Shown here: positions 47,316-60,319 of the stretch, in pieces
Layout: each line of letters opens with the position of its first letter
Numbering within the stretch: position 1 is the first letter of the stretch
Assembly (NCBI RefSeq): GCF_963921235.1
Contig: NC_086097.1
Coordinates: 7,378,001 to 7,442,000 of the forward strand
Origin: Mobula hypostoma
Taxonomy: Eukaryota
Direction of reading: 5' to 3'
Length of the DNA stretch: 64,000 nt
The notes under the pieces: model-generated
Databases searched by the model: none
What the model was told of the DNA's origin: nothing
Seen by the model: only the letters and a program-made list of their open reading frames with translations
Position numbers and translations under genes: made by a program

Positions 47316-48089
47316 CATTTTACATCTGAGTGGCCAAGTACAACAGGTGTAATGTGCAGTAAGTAGGTAAAATCATGAGGGGCCATTGATAGCGTGAATA
47401 TATTTACTCTTTTATTCATGGTTGGGCAATCAAGAAATTGAGGCCAAAGGTTTAAGTTGAAAGGGGAAAGATTTATTTGGAACTTGAGTGACTTTTTTTT
47501 ATATATACAAAGTGTGGTATCTCTATAGGATGATATGCCAAAGGAAATAGTTGAGATATGTAAAATTATAATTTTTAAAAGACAGCTGGAAATGTTTATG
47601 GGTTGTAAAGGTTTTAAAGGATATGGGCCAAACACCGGCAAGCAGGACCATCTTGAGTGGGACATCTTGGTCAGCATGGACAGGTTGGGCTATTGCTGCT
47701 CTGTTAGCCAATGACTCTGTTACCTGTATGATGATGACTCTGTCGTACAGAGTCACACGATAATTCTGTATGACGGTAGTTGTTCCCATTTAGGATCTGA
47801 AACAGAATCAGGTTATTTTCACTGGCATATGTTGTGAAATGTGTTGTTTTGTGGCAGCAGTACATTGCAATACATAATATATATTTTTTTAAAACTGTAA
47901 GTATAAATCGTTGGTTGCATACCAAGTCCTGTGCAATTTCCTTGTGCCTCTTCCCTTTTCTTTGATTTTCACAAACTGAAGGAAATGATAAATCAACAGT
48001 TGACTGAACTTAATTCACATTATGGCTTCTTCTTGCATTTTGCTTTTACTAAATGCTGACTGACACCAAACACAGGTATACTGCTGGCC

Positions 48090-48508
48090 TTATGAGGCTG
48101 CTTAACAGGTTAAGAGCTCCGGCTCCGGCCCCAATATTACCCGAGTACTCCATCTCTCTTCTGTTTCCCATCATTACCTGTATCGCTGCCACCTGTGTCT
48201 CATTGCGCTCCACCTATCACCTGCCTCTTTATTTACTGCTCAGTGTATTTCAGTCCTGTCTTTTCACCTGTCTGTTGCCAGGTTGTACCAGTGAGTTTTG
48301 ATGTGCCTGGCCAGTATTTGTATCTGTACTCTGTCCGTCTGAATATCATCTCTGCCTGATTCTGGTTTTTTGGATTCCTCTGGAAGTTTTGATCTCTGCC
48401 TGAACTTTGATGCCAACTTTGTTTGCACTTTGGGATTTGTTACTCAATTAATATCATAGTGTTCACAGTACTGTGTCTGCAATTGGATCCCTGCTCCAGT
48501 GTCCAACA
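48090..48508 (+). repeat. Possible solo Gypsy LTR
   Basis: Pyrimidine-rich, cacctg motifs, ends ctgcaattggatcc..aaca; no clear TSD. Confidence 0.4.
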
Positions 48509-48514
48509 AAGGGT

Positions 48515-49265
48515 TAACTATTTTCTACTTGGAGAGAAAACACAAAAAAAAAGTGCAAAGGGACTTCGATTCCCTGTGCACAATTCCCTAAAGCTTAACT
48601 TGCAGGTTGAGTCTGGTGAGGAAGGCAAATGAGATGTTAGCATTCATTTCAAGAAGCCTAGATTATAAAAGCAGGGATGTAATGTTGAAACTTTATAAAG
48701 CACTGGTGAGGTCTCACTCCAAGTATTGTGACCAGTTTTGGGCCCCTTTTTTTTTGAGAAAAGTTGTGCTGAAACTGGAGAGGGTTCTAAGGAGGTTTAC
48801 AAAAATGATTCTAGGACTGAATGACTTGTCATATGAAGAGCGTTTGATGGTTCTGAGCCTGTTTTCAATAGAATTCAGAAGAATGAGTGGTGATGTCATT
48901 GAAACTTACTGAATTGTGAAAGCCCTTGATAGAGAGGATGTTTCCTATAGCGGGTGAGTTTAAGACCAGGGGACACACCCTCAGAATAGAGGGGCATCAT
49001 TTTAGAATGGAGATGAGGAGGAATTCCTTCTGCCAGAGAGTGGTGAATCTGTGGAATTCTTCACCACAGGTGGCTGTGGAGGCTAAGTCATTGCGTACAT
49101 TTATAGAAGTTGATAGATTCTTGGTTAGTCTGGGTATGAAGGGATACAGGTGAAAGGCAGGAGATTGGGGCTTGGAGGGAAAATGGATCAGCCATGATGA
49201 AATGACAGTGCAGACTCGATGGGCTAAATGGCCTAATTCTGGTCCTATATGTTATAGTCTTATGC
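48515..49265 (+). mobile_element. CR1 3' part
   Basis: KANEMLAFISR..LYKALVRSH..RVVNLWNS. Confidence 0.9.
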
Positions 49266-49554
49266 TCTCTTTTCGATGAAGACAGGATATAAATTCCTGT
49301 CAATGACTATCATAAAACTAGTTACTTGTTCATTTCACAACAAAATATTTTTCTCAGAGCTGAGGAATTAAGACGTGAAGTATAAGCTATTCAATTTTCT
49401 TCTTAAATGATCCAGGTTCTCGATCCTGATCTAAACCAGGTTTGAGCTACACATTGAGAGTTGAAAAGAAACTGAAGTGCAATTTATTTCAGCAGGCGGT
49501 GGTCCATATAATGATAGATTTGCCAGAGGAAGAGGTGGTCCATATATTGATTTG

Positions 49555-50127
49555 ATGCAGCCTGCAACTTAACCTTAAGGGGATTTTGCATAAGGACTCC
49601 CAAGTCTCTTTGCAACTCAGTTTTTTTTTGTATTTTCTCTCCATTTATAAAATAGTCATCCATAGAAACACAGAAAACAATACAGGCTCTTCAGCCCACA
49701 ATGCTGTGCTGTACATGGACTTTAGAAATTACCTGGGGTTACACATAGCCCCTTTTTAAGCTCCATGTACCTATCCAAGAGTTTCTTAAAAGACCATATT
49801 GTATCTGCCTCCACCACCATTGTTGGCAGCATATTCCACGCACTCATCACTCTCTGTGTAAAAACTTGGCATCTGGCATTTCCTCTGTACCTACTTCAAA
49901 GCACCTTAAAACTGTTTGTAGTTTCCTTTCTTCTGCCTCTCTCCCTTCTTGGAGAGTGGAGTGACATTTGCAATTTTTCAGTCTTCTGGAACCATTCCAA
50001 AATCTAGTGACTCTTGAAAGATCATTACCAATGTCTCCACAATCACTTTCAGAACCCTGGGGTTTACACCATCTGGTCCAGGTGACTTATCTACCTTCAG
50101 ACCTTTCAAGTTTCCCAAAAACATTCT
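49555..50127 (-). mobile_element. CR1 fragments (at least two elements)
   Basis: RT pieces (KSPGPDG region at about 50065-50095) and a 3' end at 49660-49915. Confidence 0.75.
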
Positions 50128-50288
50128 CTGCCTGGGGTGTGGCTGCTGTTGCATGCAAACAGCTACGGGGAGCCACAGTTGAGAGCTGAGTGCCGGGTGG
50201 GGACCAAATGTGGACTAACTGCCTTGAAAAGGACGCGACATGTTCCCCCACCAGAGGTGCTACCCGTCCCTGACACCCCATACACCCC
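50128..50288 (-). ncRNA. Second, 3'-truncated copy of the HDV-like leader
   Basis: Perfect P1 GGGGTGT/ACACCCC, P3 GGC/GCC, L3 TCCCC plus hairpin; P4 and the 3' strand of P2 are lost. Confidence 0.55.
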
Positions 50289-51679
50289 TTGTGCTGACTA
50301 AAGCATCATGGAAGGCTGAAACATTCGGACTGTAGGCAGTGTGTGCTGCTGTCAGAAAAAGTTTTCTCTCTCTCCCTCTCCCTCTCTCCCTCTCTCCCTG
50401 TTGTTGTCTTTGTGTCTGTCTCTTTCTCTCTGTTCCTGAGATAAGTGGCTTTGAGAGGTGACGCAGAGCAATGTTACATCAGAACATTGAGCTGCTGGTC
50501 TCTTGGCTTGTTGTTGGTGGAGTGACCTCTTTCTCCCTGAGGGGAGAGAGAAAGAGAGAGAGCCTGTGAGATACTGAAATACTGGATTATGGACTGTAGT
50601 TTTTGATGAACTTTGAATCAAGCTCTGTTTTGGGACTTTATGCAGTTGCCTGCATGGTGGGGTTGTGGGTGGTGGTTCTGCTGGTGCAAGTGATGGGGAG
50701 GAGGTGAGTCGATGCTGCTGCTGTTTGTATGATGGATGAAGAGGGTTGTGGATGCTCGTGAAGAGTAAGAATTGCAGGCTGCACACTGTACAACCTGATA
50801 TTAAATTGAACCATTTGAACAGTGCCTGGAAAATCTATAATCTACTTCCAAAATTTGGCTTCAAGTGACTGCAATACAAAGTGTTCCATAATAAGGGATG
50901 AATTTCTTAGAACAGCAAAAAAAATAAATTGGCTGAGAAAAATAATGCTTTAAGCAAAACTTTTAGAAGTAGTCTTAATAGACCATCTCTGACAGAGGAA
51001 ATGTGTAAAACATGTTTATTAAAATAAATTGTCTAACAGTTTTGGACAGAGAAAAAAATAACAAGATGGTTAATGACACCCGACTGGTAAAGCAGTTTCA
51101 GCACTGTTCTCATGTGCAATTGCATAAATTGGCTTTGTCAATTCTCATCGCAGTGTTATGCTCTTTAATTCAAATCTGCAGGAGAAGTTCAAGATGGAAT
51201 CATTTCCTGATTATTTTTTGTACAAATAGCTGTAAGGCTTTTATTTGAGCTCTTAACATTTATAAATAATTAATAAAATCAAATGTGGAAACATCAGTAA
51301 GGCAGCATATTATTAATTACATTTTGTACAATGCTTTCTCCGCCTGCATTTTGGAAACACTGTCAAGATATGTTCTGTGGAGATTTTGACTGAAAAGCAA
51401 TAGTTTATGTTCTGATATAAACGGTGCATTTATGCTTTGTCATGCAGTGAAGAAATATTAATCTGCAACTAAAACAGACAGTTGTCAGTCTGGTCCGTTG
51501 TCTCAGTCACTAACCTGAGACTAACATTGTTTATTGATTCTAAAAATAAATAAACATTTGAATTTGGTCAGCACATTGCATCCAAGTTGTTGAATTGTTC
51601 AGTTCACTTTGCAAAGATCTCCATTACTGTTATGTAATTTAATCTGCTTTTTCTCATCTACTTAGTACTGTTTATAATA

Positions 51680-52405
51680 CCGTGGGACAGGAAGACTCTA
51701 CAACAGGTAGTCAAAACTGCCCAATGCATCACCAGCACCAGCCAAACTCCCATCAAGGCCACATATACAGGAAAGTGCCAGAAAAGGGCCAATAACATCA
51801 TAAAGGTGCCCGCCCACCCTGCTCACGGACTATTTGTCCCACTCTCATCAGGGAATCCACACGTAGCATCCACAGCAGGACCACCAGACACAAAAACAGT
51901 TACAGTTATCAGCAGTAAGACTAGTCAAAACCTCCACCCACTAACCCACCTCCCCACATCCCCAACCACCACGACTATATCATTTCCTTTCAGAGTCACC
52001 TTATGTACAGACGCTCCTGTGCCTAGTGTCACTATATGGACATACAATCAATCCATATACAGAACTGTGCAAAACTCTTGGACACATATATTCAGTTAGA
52101 GCGTCTATGACTTTTGCACAGTTTTCTATTTGTCAACATGGAGTGGAGAGCAAATTTATAAATCTGGCAGGAGCAAAGGATGTTGGGAATGGTGACGATA
52201 GAGCACTGCATGAGGGATGTGCGACACGTGGCAGAGAAGGAGAGCCAGGGCTGGGGGAAATAGCATGGGTGTCAGGACTGTACGCAAGCTATCTTATGCA
52301 TTTATACAGTATTTGTTGTGTTTTTTTTTGTGCTGCATCGGATCCAGAGTAACGATTATTTTGTTCTCCTTTACATTTGTGTACTGGAAATGACATTAAA
52401 CAATA
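51680..52405 (+). mobile_element. Rex1/Babar 3' fragment carrying a compound-MITE derivative (52060-52280)
   Basis: LQQVVKTAQCI..KRANNIIK.PAHPAHGLFVPLSSG. Confidence 0.75.
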
Positions 52406-52499
52406 TTGGATGTTGTCGACAGTCATTGCATTTGAGTCTGAAGATTGTGAATTTAAGTCCCATTCCAGTGATTTACATACAAACCAAGGCTGATGCATG

Positions 52500-52918
52500 A
52501 GCCCAATATACTTACTGCCCCCTACGCCACTAGCATTTAGAGCAGTAATGAAGGATCTCGATCTCAGGGCTTCCTTCATCCTGTTAGGAGCATCCTCTCT
52601 GTTTTCACTACTGTCAGTCATGAAAGTCTCAGGTGGAGACTCAGGAATACCATCACCCTCTGATATGGAAGGTTTCTTCATTACTATTTCCATAACAATT
52701 TTGTTTTACCAGTTAGGGTTGTTAACTCTGAACTGAATCCCTGAACCAGGAGGACCAGTAGACCATTCTCAGTCCGACCTCTACCCTTTGACCTGTTTGG
52801 CATAGGTGGCCTTACCAGAAACCAAAGCATAATGCCCTGACTTCAGCCAAAATAGTTCTCTGGGTCACTGAGGCACACAAGCCTCCAAACCATGACAAGA
52901 TTGTGGTCCTCTTGGAGA
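52500..52918 (-). mobile_element. Bipartite RTE non-autonomous element (5' UTR joined to 3' end)
   Basis: RTE leader as at 47086 plus a 3' end ..gctctaaatgctagtggcgtagggggcagtaagta. Confidence 0.7.
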
Positions 52919-53150
52919 ATGAGGGGAGAATATTAGAGATGTTGCTTTGGATCTGAGAAACTTGGATGTCATCTGCTCTCAGAAGAGTGTAGAAGAAATG
53001 TTTGGCAGTCTTTTAAAGGGAAGCAGGTGAGTTATCCTTCCATGCTTTGTAAAATGTATGCCTCATTCAGTTTTACTAAACCAGGGTATCTGGTCCTTCT
53101 ACTTCTTCGCCACAAGAATAAAATTAGTTAGCAAAGCATCAATATACCCT

Positions 53151-53290
53151 TAGTCCTGATGAAGGGTCTCAGCCTGAAACATCCACTGTTTATTCCCTTC
53201 TGTGGATGCTGTCTGACTTGCCAAGTTCTTTCAGGATTTTGTGTGTCTGCTCTGGATTTCCAGCATCTGTAGAATCTCTTTTGTTTATCA
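53151..53290 (+). mobile_element. Short Penelope pLTR with hammerhead motif
   Basis: TAGTC-CTGATGA-AGGGTCTCAGCCT-GAAAC-ATC-CACTG. Confidence 0.8.
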
Positions 53291-54144
53291 CAAACTCTAT
53301 CAGTTTCTGCCATTCCTTTGGATCTGCTGCATACAGTAAAAGAACCTGCCCCATGGGCAACAGCTTGCTCTCCATGTCATACAGCCCTGGCTTGCATATC
53401 ATTCAAACAGATGGGACACGACATCTGTGGTTAACCCCAACCAACGGACAGCCCAATGTATCATTATGCCCTTTATCAGAACAACACAATAATTATTATG
53501 TTTTCTCCAAAATCCCCATCGAACTTAACGATTTCGTAATGCTTCCAAAATATAAGCGGAAAAGACATTGTTCCAATGCTATTAAAATCCTGTTCTTTGC
53601 AGATTGACTGTCACATTTCCAACTTACAACAGGGACCCTGTGTCAAGAAGTACTTAATTGACTGTAAATGAAGCCAATGAGGTTGATTATTAAATGCCTT
53701 CTGAAATGGCCTAGAAACTAGCCAGTTGTACCATAACCACCAACGCTGAAGCATAGACTCAGCATGTAGCTGTTCACAGAATTCAGAAAGGCAGAATCCT
53801 TGCTGTAACAACCTTACTAAATCCTTCTCGCAAATACCAGGAAATAGTGTCTAAACTAGGGGAGCCATAATGCAGTGTGGTGAAACAATAGTGTGACATA
53901 GTGAAAAAATACAGATACTGGAAAAGTTGAAGAAGAACATAAAATACTGAAAAGAAGCACCATGATAACATGGTGGATAAAGCAAAACTATTCCAGTTCA
54001 GGGCATCTGAGTTCGGAGTTCAGATCCAGCATCCTCTGGAAGAAATTTGCTCATCCTTCATATGATTATGTGGGTTTCTTCCCACAGTCCAAAGACATAT
54101 TGGTTAATATGTTCATTTGTTATTGTAAATTGTCCTGTGATTAG

Positions 54145-54485
54145 TTTGTCCTTTATGTGCCTTGTCGTATGACAAAGGCGATCATGGTCTTTCCATGACT
54201 ATGATTGCTCTGGGCAAATCTTTCTACAGGAGTGGTTTGCTATTGCCTTCTTCTGGGCAGTGTCTTTACAAGAGAGGTGACCACACCCATTGTCAATATT
54301 CTTCAGAGTCTGTCTGCCTGGTGCCAGCGGTCACATAACTAGGAATTGTGATATGCACCAGCTGTTTGTACGACCATCCACCACCTTGGACCCTAATCGA
54401 GTGGTTAAGCGTGGCCGGCAGGCTAGCAGAGAGAAGGAGCACCTTATGCCTCCTTAGGTAGAGACGTAGCTCAATCCCACATCCA
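54145..54485 (-). mobile_element. RTE-related non-autonomous element inserted in a V-SINE (about 53955-54530)
   Basis: Reverse complement matches the 37630 family (gaaggcaatagcaaaccac). Confidence 0.75.
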
Positions 54486-55415
54486 AATTTTGATTATTCT
54501 AGGCTATTTCAGTGTGTTGCTGGGCAGTGAGGATTATTAGTCCCTCTCAATCCCATTCTCCTGCCTTCATTCTGTAATCTTTGACACGCTTACTAATCAA
54601 TAACCTATCAACCTCCGCTTTAAATATAACCAACATCTTTGCCTCCACACCCGCCTGTGGCAATTAATTCCACAAATTCAGTAGCCTCTGGATAAAGAAA
54701 TTCCTCCTCTTGTAGCCGCGTAAAAATGGAAGTGTCCCTATGCTTTGGAGGCAGGCATCTTGCTGCTTTTCTACAGGACCTTGGTGAAACCACATCTGGA
54801 GTATTCTGTGCTGAATCTTTGCTGCTCCCCATGTCCTAAGCAGCGCCGTAAAGATTCAGAAAACTGATTCCTGGAAGGAAAAATCAGTTGTATCAGGAGA
54901 GAGTACGTTGACAAGGCCTTGATTGAATATCTTTAAGGTGGGGGTTGATATGTTCTTGACTAATCAGAGCAATAAATGTTACAGGGAGAAGGTAAATGGG
55001 GCTGAGAGGATAAAAAGTAACACAAGCTGATTTGTGGTTGATTGCAGATTTCTGCGACATTCGTGGACTCAAGGTATGGATTTTTTTTATGTGGCTATAT
55101 TTAGTGATACCTTACATGTGCTTGCTATCTTGTGCGTGCTATACATGACTATTGATATTGTGTTTTGTACCCTGGCCCGGAGTAACGCTGTCTCATTTGG
55201 CTGTATCCATGTATGTTTGAATGACAATTAAATTTGAATTGAACTGAATTGAAATCAGCCATGATTTCATGAATAGCTGAGTAGACTCGATGGGCTGAAT
55301 GGCGTAATTTTGCTCCTATGCCTTATGGTCTTATGGTCTTCTATTAATGAGAATTTAGAAAAATAATAGTGGACCTCATTGAAATAAGCATTTTTTTCAG
55401 AGGGCTGCAAAGTAT

Positions 55416-55800
55416 TAGAAACATAGAAACATAGAAAATAGGTGCAGGAGTAGGCCATTCGGCCCTTCGAGCCTGCACCGCCATTTATTATGATCATGGC
55501 TGATCATCCAACTCAGAACCCAGCCTTCCCTCCATACCCCCTGACCCCTGTAGCCACAAGGGCCATATCTAACTTCCTTTTAAACATAGCTAATGAACTG
55601 GCCTCAACAGTTTGCTGTGGCAGAGAATTCCACAGATTCACCACTCTCTGTGTGAAGAAGTTTTTCCTAACCTCGGTCCTAAAAGGCTTCCCCTCTATCC
55701 TCAAACTGTGACCCCTCGTTCTAGACCTCCCCAACATCGGGAACAATCTTCCTGCATCTAGCCTGTCCAATCCCTTTAGGATCTTATACGTTTCAATCAG
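55416..55800 (-). mobile_element. Very young CR1 3' end
   Basis: DRLDAGRLFPMLGRSRTRGHSLRIEG..; same subfamily as the copies at 29291 and 44733. Confidence 0.93.
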
Positions 55801-56067
55801 AATTAATATTAATCAGTATTAATGTCCTATCACAGAAAGATCCAACGCAGTATCTGAATAACTAGTTACCTTTCTCACAATACATGATGTTTGCTAATCA
55901 CCTTTACTGTTCTCTTTACATAAGCTATAAAGGTTTGCAGTAGTTGGGTTGAGTTGCTCTCTGAATTTAGCAATTTACTTGCAAACATTTCGCAACTATG
56001 CGAGGAGACATCGTCAGTGCGCTGTTGATTGTGGTGTGTCCTCTGAATGTTTGGCCTTTGTATACTT

Positions 56068-56085
56068 TCCAATCAGCTGATTGGA
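56068..56085. promoter_or_regulatory. Palindromic double CCAAT box around an E-box
   Basis: tccaatcagctgattgga, a perfect 18-bp palindrome in apparently unique DNA. Confidence 0.35.
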
Positions 56086-56749
56086 CATTATTTCAGAAAC
56101 TCAATTGTGATGTACAGAGGAAATCTCGTCGCTGATTGTCTATGTGGCGAACTCCATACATAGTGGTCAGGAAGTTTGCATGCATTGGCTCACGGATAGG
56201 ATCGAGGTCTATGTGTTTGTTTACAGAATTAGTTACAGTAATTCCATTTCCACCTCATCTTGGTGCAACCTGCATCTTTATTCATACGTCACACAAGGGG
56301 GCAGAATGTGGGTACAGTTGTGTCTTGGTATCACACTGGAGAGAAACTGTGAACAACAAAGATTATAAAATGAAGACATGCAAACACTTTGTAAAATATT
56401 CTCTGGAATGGTGGAGGTTGAGGGGAGATCTGATAGAGATTTATAAGATCATGAGAGTCAAAGACAGAGTAGACAGTCTATCTTTTTCCCAGGATTGAAG
56501 TGTCTAATACCAGCGGGCATGCATTTAAGGTGAAAGGGAATAACTTGAAAGGAGATGCAAGACATTAGTTTTTTTTTAACATGGAGAGTGGTGTGTGCTT
56601 AGAATACACTGCCTGGGGTTGGTTCATTAGGTCTCTGGTAGTTTTTTCTATTGCTTGCATGCTGGGGGAGGAGGTTGGTGCTTTTGCTGGTGCAAGTGAG
56701 GGGAGAGGGAATGTTCTGCTGCTGCTTGTGTGTGGGTGGCTTTGGGCTT

Positions 56750-57025
56750 CTAGTCTTGTGAGACCATGGATCTTCACTCTCCAGGGCGCAGGCCTGGGCA
56801 AGGTTATATGGAAGACCAGTGCTTGCCCATGCTGCAAGTCTCCCCTCTCCACAACACCAATGTTGTCTGAGGGAAGGGCATTAGGACCCATACAGCTTGG
56901 CACCAGTGTCGTCACAGAGAAATGTGTGATTAAGTGCCTTGCTCAAGGACACAACACGCTGCCTCGGCTGGGGCTCGAACTCACGACCTTCAGGTCGCTA
57001 GCCCAATGCCTTAACCACTTGGCCG
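56750..57025 (-). mobile_element. tRNA-derived CORE-like SINE nested in other repeats within a CR1 remnant (56395-57300)
   Basis: Same family as the copies at 17432 and 27834. Confidence 0.85.
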
Positions 57026-57814
57026 CTTCTAATGTTACTATCAAACATTCTTCCGGGTTTCTTGTTTCATGGATGTCTGCGAAGACGAAGAATTTCAGGT
57101 TGTGTATGGTTTACATTCTCCAATATTAACTTGACCCACTTGACTTTTAAGAGACATTTAGATAGGCACATGAATGAGAGGACAATAGAGGGATATGAAC
57201 ATTGTGTAGACAGAGGGGATTAGTTTAGTTGTCCACTTGATTAATAGTTCATTTGGCTCAGCACAACATTGCAGGCTGAAGGATCTGTACTGTTCCTTAT
57301 CCTATCTATATCATTAGTTATTGGTAGGCTGGTATTGGTTCCGAAAATGGGGTACGGAGGTATGTACACTAATGATAAACATGCAGCCCACAACCACTTT
57401 AAAAATCCCTGGTTGCTATAACTTTAGTTGACAGCTGTTTGGAAGACTGAACTCCATAAATTATTGAGCACGGGGTGGGACATACCTTCAGAAGATAGAG
57501 CCACTGGTCAAAACTGAGCTATTGCTGTTATGTAGAGTATTGACCTACATCATAAAATGCAGAATAGCTCTGGTACAATCAACCCTCTTACCCACCTGAC
57601 TGACTTTTTCTCATCTAAAATCAATGAGAATATGAATGTTCCACAGAATACAGTCCTCCCTTGCTCATCTCAGCGTGGATCCAATGCATGAATCTGTTCT
57701 GTCTTCCAATCTCAGAGGAGTTATATTGGAAGAGTTTTTCTCATTGAAAACTTTCTAAGTCCAAGCGAGGTTTTCTTCGAACCTGGTTAAGAAACTTTAT
57801 TCCTCAGAGAAGTC

Positions 57815-57950
57815 AGTGGTATAGCAGTTAGCGCAATGCTGTTACAGCTAGAGTTCAGAGTTCAGTTCCTCCAATGCCCATAAGGAGTTTGCACGTCCTC
57901 CCCATACTGGTGCAGGTTTCCTCCAGGTGCTCCGGGTTCTTCCCATGGTC
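57815..57950 (+). mobile_element. V-SINE 5' part
   Basis: gagtttgcacgtcctcccc..ggtttcctccaggtgctccgg V-domain. Confidence 0.75.
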
Positions 57951-59566
57951 AATGCTCAAAAGTTCAAAGTTCAAAGTAAAATTAATTATCAGAGTACATA
58001 CATGTCTCCACATACAACACCGAAATTCTTCTTCTGTGGGCATACTTTGCAAATCTATAGATCTGTAAACTGTAAATATCAGGACTGTAAACAAACCGCA
58101 AATGTAGATAATAAATAAATAGCAATAAATAACGAGCATGAAGTAACAAGATAAAAGAGTCCTTTATTGAGTGTAATTATCCACTTTTGTTCAAGAGCCT
58201 GATGGTTGCGGGGTAGTAACCCATCTTGAACTTGGTGTTGTGAGTCCTAAGACTCCTCTTCTTTCTTCCTGATGACAGCAGCGAGAAAAGAGTGTTGACT
58301 GGATGGTGAAGATCTTGATGATGGATGCTGCTTTTCTATGCTTTTCTCTGTTGTAATCTTGTAAGATTATTTTGTATGGGACAAAAAACTGTCAGAAAAC
58401 AGCTTGCTCTCCATATCCTACTGCCCAGGTTTACATATCTAGATAGATAGGACGCAACATCCATGGTCGACTCTAACTGACAGAGGCCTCCTCCTCTATT
58501 CTCTGTCTTAATGCCTCCTAAGCATTCCTATCATATCTATTTCCACCATGGCAGTGCACTCAAGGCACCTACCACTCTCTGTGTAAAAACCTTTGCTTCA
58601 CTAATCTCCTCTCACCTTAAACATACTACCCCAATATTTCATCAAGGACATCTTCAAAAGGTAATGCTTCAAAAAGGTGACATCCATCGTTAAGGACCCC
58701 CATCACCCAAGATATTCCCTCTTCTCATTACTACCATCAAGGAGGAGGTGCAGGAGGCTGAAGACACACACTCAGTGTTTCAGGGACAGTTTCTTCCCCT
58801 CTGCAATCAGATTTCTGAATGGACAATGAACGCATGTACACTATCTCACTATTTTTTGTTCTCTTTTTGCTCTACTTACTTAATTTAATATTTACACATT
58901 TTCTGATTGTAATTTATAGTTTTTTTCTGATAATTATGTATTGCACTGTGCTGCTGCATAACAACAAATTTCACAATGTATGACAGTGATACTGTATGAA
59001 ACATGATCCTGATTTGGCATTTCCACACAGAGAAAAATGCCTTTTGCTTTTTAATCCTATCTGAGCCTCCCCTAGTTTTATAAACCTTTATGAGGTCTCC
59101 CTCAGCCCCCAAGACTGCACAGAAATCAATACAAGTTTTTTCTAAAATCCCCTTCTAGTTAATATCCTCCAATCCTAGCAACGTCCTGGTGAAGCATTCT
59201 GCATCTTCTCCACATCCTCCCTACTGTGCAGTGATCAGAATTGCATGTTATACTGCAAATGTGGGATAATACAGTTTTATACAGCTGCAACATCACACCT
59301 TCCCTTTGGCCTTCTGAAAAACACTGCCACCGAAAGGAGAAATCAAAATTCATGGTCATTCGTCTAATTCAGAATCAGAATCGGGTTTAATATCAATGGT
59401 GTGTGTTGTGACATTTCAAAATTCAAAGTAAATGTTATTATGAAAATACGTATATGTCGCCTTATACAACCCTGAGATTCAATTTCTTGTGGGCAGACTC
59501 TTTCAATATTTTTATTGATAATATATGTGGGCAGATTCAGCAAATCTGTAGAATTATAACTATAAC

Positions 59567-59698
59567 CTGATGAAGAGTCTCGGCCTGAAACATCGACTGC
59601 ACCTCTTCCTAGAGATGCTGCCTGGCCGGCTGCGTTCACCAGCAACTTTTATGTGTGTTGCTTGAATTTCCAGCATCTGCAGAATTCCTGTTGTTTGC
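59567..59698 (+). mobile_element. Short Penelope pLTR starting at the hammerhead core
   Basis: CTGATGA-AGAGTCTCGGCCT-GAAAC-ATC-GACTG; flanked by gaattataactat repeats. Confidence 0.88.
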
Positions 59699-59711
59699 GA
59701 ATTATAACTAT

Positions 59712-60319
59712 TAACCTCTTCAGCTCGTCGGATGATTGCATTTCTTACTTTAATGGCTAGAAGGTCCATTTTGCTGAATTGGAAAGAGATTAATCCTCCT
59801 ACCACATTTCATTGGTTTTCACAAACTATGTTGTGTTTAAATTTGGAAAAAAATTAGAAGTGTTGTTTATGACCCTTCCGTTAAATTCGAAAAGACTTGG
59901 AGGCCATTTATTCAGCATTTTCATATGATGTAATTTGACCATTTTCCAAACTTATTTTACTTCTCTGTAATTTTGTTTGAGAGGAGCGGAGTTGTCGACA
60001 CTAAGGTTTTCTTTTCTCTCTTTTTTTACGATGTTAAAAACAGCCCAGGTCTTTTTTTTTAGTTTAGTTGATTAATTCTGTTTAGATTAGTTTTTTGGGG
60101 GGGGGTTATTATTTTTTTTTCCTTTTTCATGATTTTTTTTAGATATTTTTCTTTGTTTTATATTATTCATTTGTGTCTTATATGATTGGGAGTTTTATCA
60201 TTTAAGTGTTATCTGGCTTTATAATCACTCATGTTAATTATAACAATGTATTCCCAATAACTTTGTATTACTACCATGTTAAGTTTATATTTTTATGAAA
60301 CTAATAAAAAGAAAGAAAA
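59712..60319 (+). mobile_element. L1-clade LINE 3' end
   Basis: Manual translation ARRSILLNWKEINPPTTFHW..LNLEK(fs)I..KFEKTWRPF*; T-rich UTR, aataaa at 60303, A-rich tail; 13-bp TSD with one mismatch. Confidence 0.85.

Larger units (their letters stand above)
46080..47700 (+). mobile_element. Highly degenerate CR1 with insertions
   Basis: VVYMDFSKSIDTVPHGR; HLE.CVQ; CR1 3' UTR at about 47600-47700. Confidence 0.7.
52420..53340 (+). mobile_element. Ancient DeuSINE remnant interrupted by RTE-derived and Penelope insertions
   Basis: tgagtctgaagattgtgaatttaagtcccattccag head; gaagcaggtgagttatcc..tatctggtc body. Confidence 0.5.
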
